In this document: one piece after another, positions 38,199 through 47,227 of the stretch
How positions within the stretch are numbered: the stretch's first letter is position 1
Layout of the letters: every line of letters begins with the position of its first letter
Sequence record: PV764602.1
DNA length: 64,000 bases
Reading direction: 5' to 3' (one strand)
Program-made: the position numbers and the translations under genes
Notes under the pieces: model-generated
The model's input: only the letters and a program-made list of their open reading frames with translations
Database searches by the model: none
Told to the model about the DNA's origin: nothing

Positions 38199-38831
38199 AT
38201 GACTATTTCTACCCCTTGGCTATCCGGAGGTAGCGGCCTAACTACTTCTGGCCCCAATGACTTGAAGCCTGCACAGTTCATAGATCAAGTAAAGGCGTTG
38301 CCCTTTGGGCCAGCGCGTTACGAAGCGTGGCCGGGCCCAAACGGTCTTCAGCTTGACCCTAATAAGTTGCAGGGACAGATGGCCACTATTGAGGTTGGCT
38401 CTGCTCTATACAACCTGCTGGCTCCGTTTCTTTTTCATCAGGTCCAGTCCCCAAATAACTATTCGTACAAATTCGATCTATACGATTCCGTTGAGGAGTG
38501 TGTAGAAATACGGGCGTACAAGTTTGAACCTGGTACCACGTTTGATAACGGTGACCATTTCTCCTTCCTCCATACTAGCATGACAGCTGACTCGCATCGT
38601 AAGCTAGTGGCGTTTTGGAATTTGAACTGGACCCTCTCGGATCCAGCCACCATGTCTATACCTCCCCTATATCTCGCCTGTGATTACCCTTGGACCACTT
38701 ATTGGTACGCTGGAGATGATGCACTTCGGATGGTGCCGGGGCCTGTGTGCTGGACTATAGGGCGCATGATGCCCTATATGCCTACTATGTACTGGTTAGA
38801 GGTATTCTTTAAGGGCCCAACTTTCGTGTAA
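38199..38831 (+). CDS. Degenerate 2OG-Fe(II) oxygenase paralogue A
   Basis: Aligns by eye to 39786..40391 (YKFDLY, HRKL, KGPTF); HxD is HFS and the distal His and Arg are lost. Confidence 0.65.
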   Translation: MTISTPWLSGGSGLTTSGPNDLKPAQFIDQVKALPFGPARYEAWPGPNGLQLDPNKLQGQMATIEVGSALYNLLAPFLFHQVQSPNNYSYKFDLYDSVEECVEIRAYKFEPGTTFDNGDHFSFLHTSMTADSHRKLVAFWNLNWTLSDPATMSIPPLYLACDYPWTTYWYAGDDALRMVPGPVCWTIGRMMPYMPTMYWLEVFFKGPTFV

Positions 38832-38847
38832 GCAGGAGGCCCTTGAA

Positions 38848-39789
38848 ATGCCTGTATCTAATCCACCTACCTTGTTGAGTGTCATTGCAGAGTTCGGAGG
38901 CCCTAACAATCTTGGGGCCTATTACCGCAAAGGTCCATACGTACCTGACGGTCCTCCGCAGAATGCCAACATCAGTGATACGCCGGGCGGTCTTCGTCTC
39001 AGTCAGTTTGCGGGTGCGGTCAAGTACAATCTCAGTGCGTCCCTGAATCGCACGACCGCCAACACCAGTGGTAGTGGCAACAGCCAGTCGGGACGTGTCC
39101 TAACTCCACAGCTGATTGTTTACCCCGTTAACGGCAGCGGCAACTACAGCTACTACTGGAACTACACCGCAGGCGTCCCTGTTAGCGGAAATACCAGTAG
39201 TACGTTCCAGCTGTACGCTGATCTCAACAATGGTCAGAACATTTCTGGCAACGGTAACTGCGTGGTTACCGATAACGTCACTGGTCAGAATGCGATCCCT
39301 AGCTTTACGTTCTACCTAAGCTGGACGTATGAACGCCCACCCACCTGTGTTGTCATGGAAGCATACCTGCACGATGGAAAGCAGGCAGGCATGTACAACT
39401 CCAACGATCCTCTGCTGTTGGTCGATCCATACGCAAGGACTTCGGAGACGCTGAACATCGTAGATGCGCAGACCTTCACCCGAGAGTGTGTGACCTTGGT
39501 TACTGCCAATGGCTCACGCCTAACGTGCTCCACCACTGCACCTATTCCAGTCAAAGCCGACTCGGAAACGCTGGTTCGTGCGGTGGATGCTCTAGGCCAC
39601 CACGTTGCTACTACCACACGCCCTAACGACGTGATCCCATCGGTCACTTGGGATAAGGTAGTGCGTGTGCTGCCTGCTGGTGAGCGTGCTGTCCGCAATA
39701 TCTACATCTACGACAAGTGCTTCTGGGCTTCGGATGACAATCGTTCGTTCATCCTCCATCACAACACGACTGGTAAGCAGATCATATGA
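38848..39789 (+). CDS. Adhesin-like tail protein with C-terminal Hint domain
   Basis: N-terminal attachment-type domain ending LRLSQFAGA; Hint from C (39346) to HHN (39765) followed by TTGKQII. Confidence 0.65.
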   Translation: MPVSNPPTLLSVIAEFGGPNNLGAYYRKGPYVPDGPPQNANISDTPGGLRLSQFAGAVKYNLSASLNRTTANTSGSGNSQSGRVLTPQLIVYPVNGSGNYSYYWNYTAGVPVSGNTSSTFQLYADLNNGQNISGNGNCVVTDNVTGQNAIPSFTFYLSWTYERPPTCVVMEAYLHDGKQAGMYNSNDPLLLVDPYARTSETLNIVDAQTFTRECVTLVTANGSRLTCSTTAPIPVKADSETLVRAVDALGHHVATTTRPNDVIPSVTWDKVVRVLPAGERAVRNIYIYDKCFWASDDNRSFILHHNTTGKQII

Positions 39790-40391
39790 TCGTCAACAAA
39801 GAACCACGCACCGCTACTCCGATGAATTGGTTGCCTACGTACTACCTCAGTCGGATGTTTAACGCAGAAGAGTGCGCCACCATCATCAAGGAGTCAGAGG
39901 ACTCCGGACTGTTTGTGCAAGGCCGCACCATTGGCGACAATAACGTGACTGTAACAGAGCAAGGCCGTCAGGTGGCCATTATCCGACTGGCTGGAGGTAC
40001 GCTGTACGAAATGATGCGCCAACGGATACTGGAACGGCTGCCTGACCTAAACTCCTGCTATCAGTTTGAACTGTTCGGCGCAGATGAAGTCTTCAAGGAA
40101 ATCCATATCCTGAAGTACGTGGAAGGTAATTTCCACGGTGAACATTTGGACCTCGCCGGTTACGAGGAAATGTGCAACCGGAAGCTCAGCCTCATCGTCC
40201 AGTTGAATCCGGATTACGAGGGCGGTGAATTAGTCCTCTACAACTCTTATCCCGAGAAACCTCTGACCAATAGCAAGCAGGCTGGCGACGCAGTGGTGTT
40301 CCCTGCATGGATGCCGCACGAAGTAAGACCTGTTGACTACGGGACTAGATACGTTCTTGTGGTTTGGTTGCGAGGCCCTAAATTTAGATAG
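39786..40391 (+). CDS. 2OG-Fe(II) oxygenase (prolyl-hydroxylase/PKHD-like)
   Basis: HLD...RKLS...YEGGEL...FPAWMPHEV...TRY...WLRGPKFR: complete HxD..H triad and 2OG-binding Arg. Confidence 0.9.
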   Translation: MIVNKEPRTATPMNWLPTYYLSRMFNAEECATIIKESEDSGLFVQGRTIGDNNVTVTEQGRQVAIIRLAGGTLYEMMRQRILERLPDLNSCYQFELFGADEVFKEIHILKYVEGNFHGEHLDLAGYEEMCNRKLSLIVQLNPDYEGGELVLYNSYPEKPLTNSKQAGDAVVFPAWMPHEVRPVDYGTRYVLVVWLRGPKFR

Positions 40392-40401
40392 GGAGGTACT
40401 C

Positions 40402-40989
40402 ATGGCCGTATCAAACCCACCAACATTGGTGAGCGTGCGTAACGAATTCGGTGGCAACGGAAATCTCCGTGCCTACACACGAGGCGGTGGCCTTGTTCCA
40501 GATGGGCCTGCGCAGAATGCGAACATCAGCAAAACTCCGGATGGTTTGCGGCTTAGTCAATTTGCAGGAGCAACTAAAATCACTGCACAGTTGACCGACA
40601 TTTATGCGCAGCAGTCCTACTACGGACAATCGGGTCAAGACAACACTGCTTCTGCCACCATCCAGTTTAGTACCGATGGCAACATCTACTACACATGGGG
40701 TATGGGAGCTTTGCAGACGTACCGATGGTTGGCTGGCGGTAATGCAAGTGATTTTGACGTAGAAGGATTTAATCAGCAGATCGCAGGTAACGGTCAAACC
40801 TCGGGCACGATGAATCGTCAGAATTTGGGTGGTTCTCCCCGATGGTCATGTTCCGCTGCAACCCGATTTGGTTTTGTTGATTCTTCCATGTCATTTGGCT
40901 GCCGAATCTACCAAGCGGGTACTGGTAACGTTATCGCTACAGCGAATTTCAGTATTTATGCCGCCGCCTCAGATGGTAGCATCGGATAG
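40402..40989 (+). CDS. Adhesin-like tail protein, paralogue without Hint
   Basis: First ~59 aa closely match 38848..39789; the remainder is unrelated. Confidence 0.65.
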   Translation: MAVSNPPTLVSVRNEFGGNGNLRAYTRGGGLVPDGPAQNANISKTPDGLRLSQFAGATKITAQLTDIYAQQSYYGQSGQDNTASATIQFSTDGNIYYTWGMGALQTYRWLAGGNASDFDVEGFNQQIAGNGQTSGTMNRQNLGGSPRWSCSAATRFGFVDSSMSFGCRIYQAGTGNVIATANFSIYAAASDGSIG

Positions 40990-41044
40990 CAACTCCATCT
41001 TCTAGTAACAACCAAAACGTTTGACACAACAAGGGAGAAGAAAC

Positions 41045-41722
41045 ATGTTCCAAGAAAGGGACCAAACTACAGCCAAATGGAATCCCCTCTGCCACGAACA
41101 GGTCAACTTGATTAACTCTTCGCTGATCGCGCGCCTCAAGGCGAAGGCAGATGAGTATCCGGTTAACCCTTACGGTTGTGGGTGGGATAACGGCGTTCCA
41201 CTGGACCTTACTGCACCAACGGCCAGTGACGCGTCGCCAGAAGCTGCGTTGATTCACGACACCCGAACACTCATCGCAGAATGCGTCCACCGCCTAGCAG
41301 GCTTCTATCCATTCGATTTGTATTTCAAGGATGCGGCCTTTGTTGTTCCTGCCCCACAACCTTCTTCGGTACGCTTAGTGCGACTCGCTATGGGTGCGAA
41401 GCTTAATCCGCCCCACGCTGGTACGGCGGTTGCTCCCGGCGCCACGAATCGCATTGATCTGAATACGCATAGTCAGGCTCATCAGAAGATTCATATGATG
41501 ATCCCGCTCTCTGCTTACGAAGGTAACGACGTGTTCTTCCCCTTCTTCGATCCGAACTTGCAGGAATGGAAAGACGTGTCGCCCACCATCACTAACGCAC
41601 GGGCTGACTGGACAGGCATCACGTTGTCATGGCCTGCGTGGCGGTTGTGTAGGTTCAGTCCCGTCGAGGACGGCGAAGCCTACCTCCTGCTAGTCACGTT
41701 GTACGGACCTCGCTTCCAGTAA
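41045..41722 (+). CDS. Degenerate 2OG-Fe(II) oxygenase paralogue B
   Basis: YPFDLY, HQKI..AYEG and WPAWRLCRFSPVEDGEAY..YGPRFQ; both His ligands and the Arg are lost. Confidence 0.65.
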   Translation: MFQERDQTTAKWNPLCHEQVNLINSSLIARLKAKADEYPVNPYGCGWDNGVPLDLTAPTASDASPEAALIHDTRTLIAECVHRLAGFYPFDLYFKDAAFVVPAPQPSSVRLVRLAMGAKLNPPHAGTAVAPGATNRIDLNTHSQAHQKIHMMIPLSAYEGNDVFFPFFDPNLQEWKDVSPTITNARADWTGITLSWPAWRLCRFSPVEDGEAYLLLVTLYGPRFQ

Positions 41723-41748
41723 GTGCCCACATCTAATTCGGAACCAAC

Positions 41749-42153
41749 ATGGCAACCACCAACAACATCCTGTTTAGTGACTTCAACACGCTAGTCGGGT
41801 TGAATAACAAGCAAGCCATCGTCATCAATGATGATGCAGTTGCCAATGTGGTGCTCAACATTGTTCTGATCCAGAAGCGCAGCCGTAAGTTTCGGATTGG
41901 GTATGGAGCATCAAGTCACTTCTTCCTGCAAAAGCAGGTGACTGCTGAGAACGCGGAGAAGTACAGGATGACCCTCTACCAAGACCTGACCAAATGGGCC
42001 GGGTCTGTAGCCAAGTTTGATATGGCGGGCATCCAAGTGAAGCCTCTCCAGAATTACGACGGTTACGGAGTGGTCATCCTGTACAAGTCCAACCTTTCGG
42101 GTTACTACAATCAGGTTTCAGTCCAGCTGCCGTCCACCTCGGTGGCACGCTAA
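41749..42153 (+). CDS. Baseplate wedge protein (gp25-like)
   Basis: DAVANVVLNIVL...RKFRIGYGA; size; upstream of the J-like gene. Confidence 0.75.
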   Translation: MATTNNILFSDFNTLVGLNNKQAIVINDDAVANVVLNIVLIQKRSRKFRIGYGASSHFFLQKQVTAENAEKYRMTLYQDLTKWAGSVAKFDMAGIQVKPLQNYDGYGVVILYKSNLSGYYNQVSVQLPSTSVAR

Positions 42154-42338
42154 TACCGAAAATAGGGCCAAAATAGGCCCACAGCACCCTCTACCCACAG
42201 GGCGCCAAATTTAGAGGCTCCAGCTTCCATCTACGACCCCAATCCTTGCGTCAAAACGCATAGTTGGGGCGTAGATTTTGGCTACATTTTCCACTCCCCA
42301 ACCCTCATTTTCCTATGGCCACTGACCGGAATTCAACC

Positions 42339-44096
42339 ATGACAACTGTAACCGCGTTGTCCAATATCCGCCCTGACTTCGATGACATTGCAGCACAGCT
42401 GGGATCGAGTCTGACGCGCAAGGCGAACTGGGCTCCGCTGCTTCCTACTCAGACTGCAAGCCTCTTGATTGAAGGCGTGGCCGCCGCCACTGCGTTCCTG
42501 CAAACCGGTGTGCAGAACAGCTTTGAAGAAACGTTCCCTCAGACCGCCCGTATGCCTTCGAGCCTGCGGGCGTCTGCGCGTCGGCTCGGTGTCCGTCTGA
42601 CGCGCAAGTCCCCTGCACAGACTCGGGTACGGCTCACGCGAGCCACCGCAGCCACGTCCGTCCTGATCCCTGAGTTCTCGGCCTTCCAAGCGCCGGGTGT
42701 GTCTCTGTTCAACCGCTCTGCCATACTGTTCCCCGTCGGTACCCTCTCCGCTGAATTCGACTTGTACGAAGGCTTTATCACTCAGGTTTCGTACACGGGT
42801 CAAGGTGCTGACAGTCAGATGATCGTTGTATCTGTCCCCGGCTTCACCATCAGCAACATGGACGTGCGGGTCACTGTCAGTGGCCGTCCGCTGCAAGTGG
42901 TGACTGATGGCATCTGGCACTACCCCATCACGAACAGTGGCGATCCTAACTACGTGGTATCGGACAACACGCTGCCTACGGGCGAGCTTCTGCTTGAGTT
43001 CGGTAACACTCAGTTCGGCATGATCCCTCAGCGTGGTGCGCAGATTCTTGTGTCCTATGCTGTGACCAATGGTACCTCCGGCAACAACGTACAGTTTGAG
43101 AATCAGCGCATCACGTACTCGGCCAACGGTGTTGAGTTCACTGGCAGCGCGCTTACTCCACTCACCGGAGGTACTGACGAACTTGACGCAGAGCAGTACC
43201 GCGATAGTCCGTTGATCTACGCGTCCTACGAGCGCGCGGTTGCTATTCCAGACATGCCTGCTATTGCTACGAAGTATCCCGGCGTTGTCGATGCCATCTT
43301 CCTTGGTCAGAAGGACATTGCTCCGAATCTCAAGGAATTCATGAACGTTGTCTACACCTACGTTCTGATGGATACGGGTTCTCAGATTTCTGCTACGCAG
43401 TACACGGACTTCCTCAAGTGGTGGCAGCCTCGCTCGATGCCCCTTGAGTACGTCCGCCAAACCGCCAAGCAAATTGCAGTAGACGTTGCAGGCACCATCT
43501 ACATCACGGGTCAGGGCGATCCGGATTCCATCTTGGCCAAGGCGCGCGCAGCAGTTGCCAAACTGTTCACTGCACGCCAAGGTTACTTGGGTCGCGATCT
43601 GTACGTGGACGACCTTATTGACTCCATCCGTACTTCGGACCCTTACGTTGACCACGTTACCCTGACTTCACCCACCGCTGACGTTATCTGTAAGATCAAC
43701 GCACCGCAGGCCCCTACTGTTACTCCGGCTACTGGCGGTACGCTCCCCAACGGTACGTACATCTATTCGGTGTCTGCTGTCTCCAATCTCAGCCCTGTGC
43801 AAGAAACGTTCGCTTCGGTGAATGGTGCGGTGACGCTGACGGGAACGAACAACGCCGCACGTATCAAGTGGAATGCAGTGGCAGGTGCTGTGCAATACAA
43901 GGTGTACGGGCGCACTGCTTCCCAAGAAATGTTCCTGCTTGCCACGGTCAGCGCATCTTCTGCGCTTGAATTCTTGGACACGGGTTCTGTTACTACTGGC
44001 GCTGCTGTCAACAAGATCAACACTGCGGGTATCTCTTACGTTACCCTCAACAATACGAACTTGCAGGTGGCGTTCACTGATCGAGTAGGTGTCTGA
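42339..44096 (+). CDS. Baseplate J/gp6-like wedge protein with FN3-like insertion
   Basis: TARMPSSLRASARRLG, GGTDELDAEQYR and ERAVAIPD; alternative start at 42315. Confidence 0.85.
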   Translation: MTTVTALSNIRPDFDDIAAQLGSSLTRKANWAPLLPTQTASLLIEGVAAATAFLQTGVQNSFEETFPQTARMPSSLRASARRLGVRLTRKSPAQTRVRLTRATAATSVLIPEFSAFQAPGVSLFNRSAILFPVGTLSAEFDLYEGFITQVSYTGQGADSQMIVVSVPGFTISNMDVRVTVSGRPLQVVTDGIWHYPITNSGDPNYVVSDNTLPTGELLLEFGNTQFGMIPQRGAQILVSYAVTNGTSGNNVQFENQRITYSANGVEFTGSALTPLTGGTDELDAEQYRDSPLIYASYERAVAIPDMPAIATKYPGVVDAIFLGQKDIAPNLKEFMNVVYTYVLMDTGSQISATQYTDFLKWWQPRSMPLEYVRQTAKQIAVDVAGTIYITGQGDPDSILAKARAAVAKLFTARQGYLGRDLYVDDLIDSIRTSDPYVDHVTLTSPTADVICKINAPQAPTVTPATGGTLPNGTYIYSVSAVSNLSPVQETFASVNGAVTLTGTNNAARIKWNAVAGAVQYKVYGRTASQEMFLLATVSASSALEFLDTGSVTTGAAVNKINTAGISYVTLNNTNLQVAFTDRVGV

Positions 44097-45712
44097 TGAC
44101 TATCTATAACGGCGATGATCCGAATACCTTGTTGCCTAATGCTTCATCCATCAACCCACTAATCACCTACGGCTTCCATCAAGTCTATGGCAAGATGGAC
44201 GGGAATGGCGTTGTTGTGGATACGATGGGCATCATGCTGCCAGAAGGTTTCCGTGATCTTGACGTGTGGCGAGACTTCGCTGATAGCGTCGATGAGGTGA
44301 TGAACAGCGAGATTGCAACGCAGATCGAAAGCCTGATGAGCACGAACGACCCGTATGCGTCTTCGGTGAATCCTGCTATTGACCGCCGTACCCTCCTGTA
44401 CCTCATTGGTGCAATCGGATTCAAGTACAAGCAAAACGACGTGTTTGACATTGATGATTTGAAGCGGTTCGTTCGGCATACTCCGCAATTTTGGGGTGAG
44501 AAGGGCAACCGCTTCTTCATTCAGTACATGAGCTATGTCGTTAACGCCCAGCTTCAAATGCAATACCTGTGGACGCAGGACTACAAGGTGTTCGTACCCG
44601 AGGGTAGTCCGCTGATTGGTCGCCCTGTGTGGGAGTCCGCAGTAAATGCCACTGCCAACGTGGTCCCATTCGGTACAGGCGATGGGGCTCAGACTGTGTT
44701 TCCCCTGATGGTGATGAACTCCACCATCGACAGCGTTTCGGGGACCCCTACGATCTACCGCGTTGACTGGGCAGGACAAACGCGCCTATACAACACACCA
44801 CGCACCAACCGCATTAGGCGAAGTGTGGAAATTGGTAGCTCAGCATGGACCAATAGCAGTCCTACCAATCTGATAGTGCAGACCACTTCGGCCTTGGCAC
44901 CCGACGGTAGCGCGACGGCCTCCGTGCTCAAGCCCATGACTACGGGAGCCAATGCAGCTTCGCTGCTCGATGGTAGCGCGGTGACGCCCGGTCCTGTGAC
45001 TTGTAGCGTTTACCAGTCTTCTGAGGGACTGGCCGCAGGGCAAAAAGTTCGATACGCGCTATGGAGTGTGAATTCCAGCAATGTCACCACTCTAGTTGGT
45101 CAGACAGATTTGGAGTGGACGGGCACTCAGATGCGCGTGGCGGCGTATAGCGGCGTTGCTTCTAGCGTCCTACAGTCTTTGGGTGACGGCTGGTACCGGA
45201 TTGAGTATACGGGTACAACTGACGTTGGTGCACGCCTTTCAATCCAGCCGGGCCTAACCCACACCAATCCTGTTACGGTGTGGGGTGCTCAATTGGAGCA
45301 GGGTAGTTCCGCTACTCGCCTCATCAAGACTTATGGCGTTGAAGTAACCACCACGGATTTCGCCTTCACTAACAGTAATCGGAGTATCACCCTGTCGTCA
45401 CCTCTACCTGTAGGCGCAAGCCTTAGCTGGAGCGGAACGTACAATCAGGCAGGCACTTGGTACCCAACAAGTCACGTATACATCGTCTATGACGTTGATA
45501 AGTTCCGAGGCTCAGTCTCGAATAATTTCAATAGTCAAGACAGCTTGGCTGCATTTTTCTACACCATCGCTCCAATTGAACTGGTGATCCAGTCCTTCGT
45601 TCTCAACGTCAACTTTGATCCTACGATTCTACAGTTGGCGGGTGACGTGCAGATTAGCGTGTATACGCCGATGGAAGTGGAAGCTATTACTCCGATGAAC
45701 ACTAGGGCTTGA
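44096..45712 (+). CDS. Baseplate wedge protein (gpI/gp7-like) with inserted carbohydrate-binding-like domain
   Basis: FWGEKG and WYPTSHV flank GTGDGAQTVF and VWGAQLEQG inserts. Confidence 0.7.
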   Translation: MTIYNGDDPNTLLPNASSINPLITYGFHQVYGKMDGNGVVVDTMGIMLPEGFRDLDVWRDFADSVDEVMNSEIATQIESLMSTNDPYASSVNPAIDRRTLLYLIGAIGFKYKQNDVFDIDDLKRFVRHTPQFWGEKGNRFFIQYMSYVVNAQLQMQYLWTQDYKVFVPEGSPLIGRPVWESAVNATANVVPFGTGDGAQTVFPLMVMNSTIDSVSGTPTIYRVDWAGQTRLYNTPRTNRIRRSVEIGSSAWTNSSPTNLIVQTTSALAPDGSATASVLKPMTTGANAASLLDGSAVTPGPVTCSVYQSSEGLAAGQKVRYALWSVNSSNVTTLVGQTDLEWTGTQMRVAAYSGVASSVLQSLGDGWYRIEYTGTTDVGARLSIQPGLTHTNPVTVWGAQLEQGSSATRLIKTYGVEVTTTDFAFTNSNRSITLSSPLPVGASLSWSGTYNQAGTWYPTSHVYIVYDVDKFRGSVSNNFNSQDSLAAFFYTIAPIELVIQSFVLNVNFDPTILQLAGDVQISVYTPMEVEAITPMNTRA

Positions 45713-46857
45713 CCATGACCCAACTTTACATCACTGAGGCAGGCATTGCCGCTGCCAACTCGTCCAGTCCTAACGGACCGATGATTCAGATCGTGTCGTT
45801 CGCTCTAGGCAGCGATTACGGATACACCCCTCCGCCGTCCTCTGTGTATCCGGGCGCTAACAGCGTCGTTACTTCGCAGAGTGCTCTACGGGGTACGGTA
45901 CGCTATCCAGTAGGCAATCAGCGTGCTGTGCCCAGTAACTACCACCTTGCTGCTGATGGCATCACAGGCGTGTTCACGCTGGTAGTTGGTCTGGACGTGG
46001 GCGACTTCTCGTTTGGTGAAGTCGCTCTCTACATGCCCGGCAACGTCATGTTCGGTATCGCAGTTCTTCCGCAACTGCAAACCAAACTGACCACTACGCA
46101 GAGTCAGACGGGCAACATCATCAACATGACGGTCAGTTTCCAGCTGAACGGCGTCAAGCCCAACATCACTGTGCAAAATGTCACGACCGCACTAGCAGAT
46201 ATTCGCACGGTCGGTACCGTTGACGTGATGAGCCCTCCGTCGGCCAGCCCTACCAACAATGCCATTTCTTTGCAGGTTGATGAATACAACCGCAGCAATT
46301 TGATGACGAAGCGTGACACCGACCTGTGGCAGTCACAACAGTATGACTGGGTTGTGCATGAAGGTGTTGTGCAGGTATCGGGCGATAAGACTCTGAGTGA
46401 TGCGACTCTGGCTACGTCGCCTATCTACGTTGCACCGGGCCGCTACATTCTGCAATTCACCAGTGGTGCGTTGAAGGGTCAGGTTCGCCAAATCACGGCC
46501 TTCCCTGTATGGGCTGCGAGTGTAGTGCGTCGTGTGGGTGACGTTGTTCAGCCGACCAACAATCCCAACGTTCTGCTTAGGTGCACCACCGCTGGTACTT
46601 CGGGCACTGCCCAGCCGTCGTGGAACACTGGCGCTTCGGGTGCCACCACTACTGATGGCACGGCGGTGTGGACGTATACGCCCAACCGGGACTCCCCGAA
46701 TACCACGCTTTCGTGGGCAGGCTCTACCTCGTCCAATGCGCTGAACGGCGTTACTTACACCGTGTATCGTGCTGCATCCTTCAGTGGCATTCGTCAGTAC
46801 ATCGGCGAATACATGCTGGACGCAATGCCCATCAACTATTACAATCAACACCACTGA
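45709..46857 (+). CDS. Proximal tail fibre/baseplate-anchored fibre (gpH-like N-terminus)
   Basis: LYITEAGIAAA, GDFSFGEVALY; CBM-like WAAS...RCTTAGTSG module. Confidence 0.7.
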   Translation: MTMTQLYITEAGIAAANSSSPNGPMIQIVSFALGSDYGYTPPPSSVYPGANSVVTSQSALRGTVRYPVGNQRAVPSNYHLAADGITGVFTLVVGLDVGDFSFGEVALYMPGNVMFGIAVLPQLQTKLTTTQSQTGNIINMTVSFQLNGVKPNITVQNVTTALADIRTVGTVDVMSPPSASPTNNAISLQVDEYNRSNLMTKRDTDLWQSQQYDWVVHEGVVQVSGDKTLSDATLATSPIYVAPGRYILQFTSGALKGQVRQITAFPVWAASVVRRVGDVVQPTNNPNVLLRCTTAGTSGTAQPSWNTGASGATTTDGTAVWTYTPNRDSPNTTLSWAGSTSSNALNGVTYTVYRAASFSGIRQYIGEYMLDAMPINYYNQHH

Positions 46858-46869
46858 GGATTTCCCAAC

Positions 46870-47217
46870 ATGGCTTTCACTCCTTCCTCCGGCGTCCTCG
46901 GTCAGATCAGGCCCTCGGGCGCAACTGAGACTGTTCTCTACACCTGCCCCGCTGATGCACGCGCCTCTGTCAGCATTACCTGCTGCAACACGGATAGCGG
47001 CTCTACCACTGTAACGGTCAAGGTGAGGTCAGGTTCCACGTCCACTGCTCTTGTGAGCGGTGCTCAGTTGGCACCCGCAGGTGAGCAGGGACACTCAATC
47101 GACATTCGCGCTCTAATTCTTGGGCCGGGCCAATCGGTAGCAGTCACTAGCTTCAGCGGTACTGTAGATTTCAGTGCAATCGGGTACACGGCGCCTTCCA
47201 ACGTCGTTGCGTTCTAA
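46870..47217 (+). CDS. Small tail-fibre-associated protein
   Basis: TVLYTCP beta-sandwich pattern; located among fibre genes. Confidence 0.55.
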   Translation: MAFTPSSGVLGQIRPSGATETVLYTCPADARASVSITCCNTDSGSTTVTVKVRSGSTSTALVSGAQLAPAGEQGHSIDIRALILGPGQSVAVTSFSGTVDFSAIGYTAPSNVVAF

Positions 47218-47227
47218 GAGGTGACCG

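Noticed and set aside
39346-39765. Hint domains as classical mobile inteins (also 50526-50927)
   Set aside because: No homing endonuclease, C-terminal position with only 6-7 residues after the Asn, and no block-B His; treated as BIL/Hedgehog-like autoprocessing domains instead
38848-40989. Adhesin paralogues as a diversity-generating retroelement or invertible cassette
   Set aside because: Similarity is N-terminal and not adenine-specific; no reverse transcriptase, invertase or inverted crossover sites were seen
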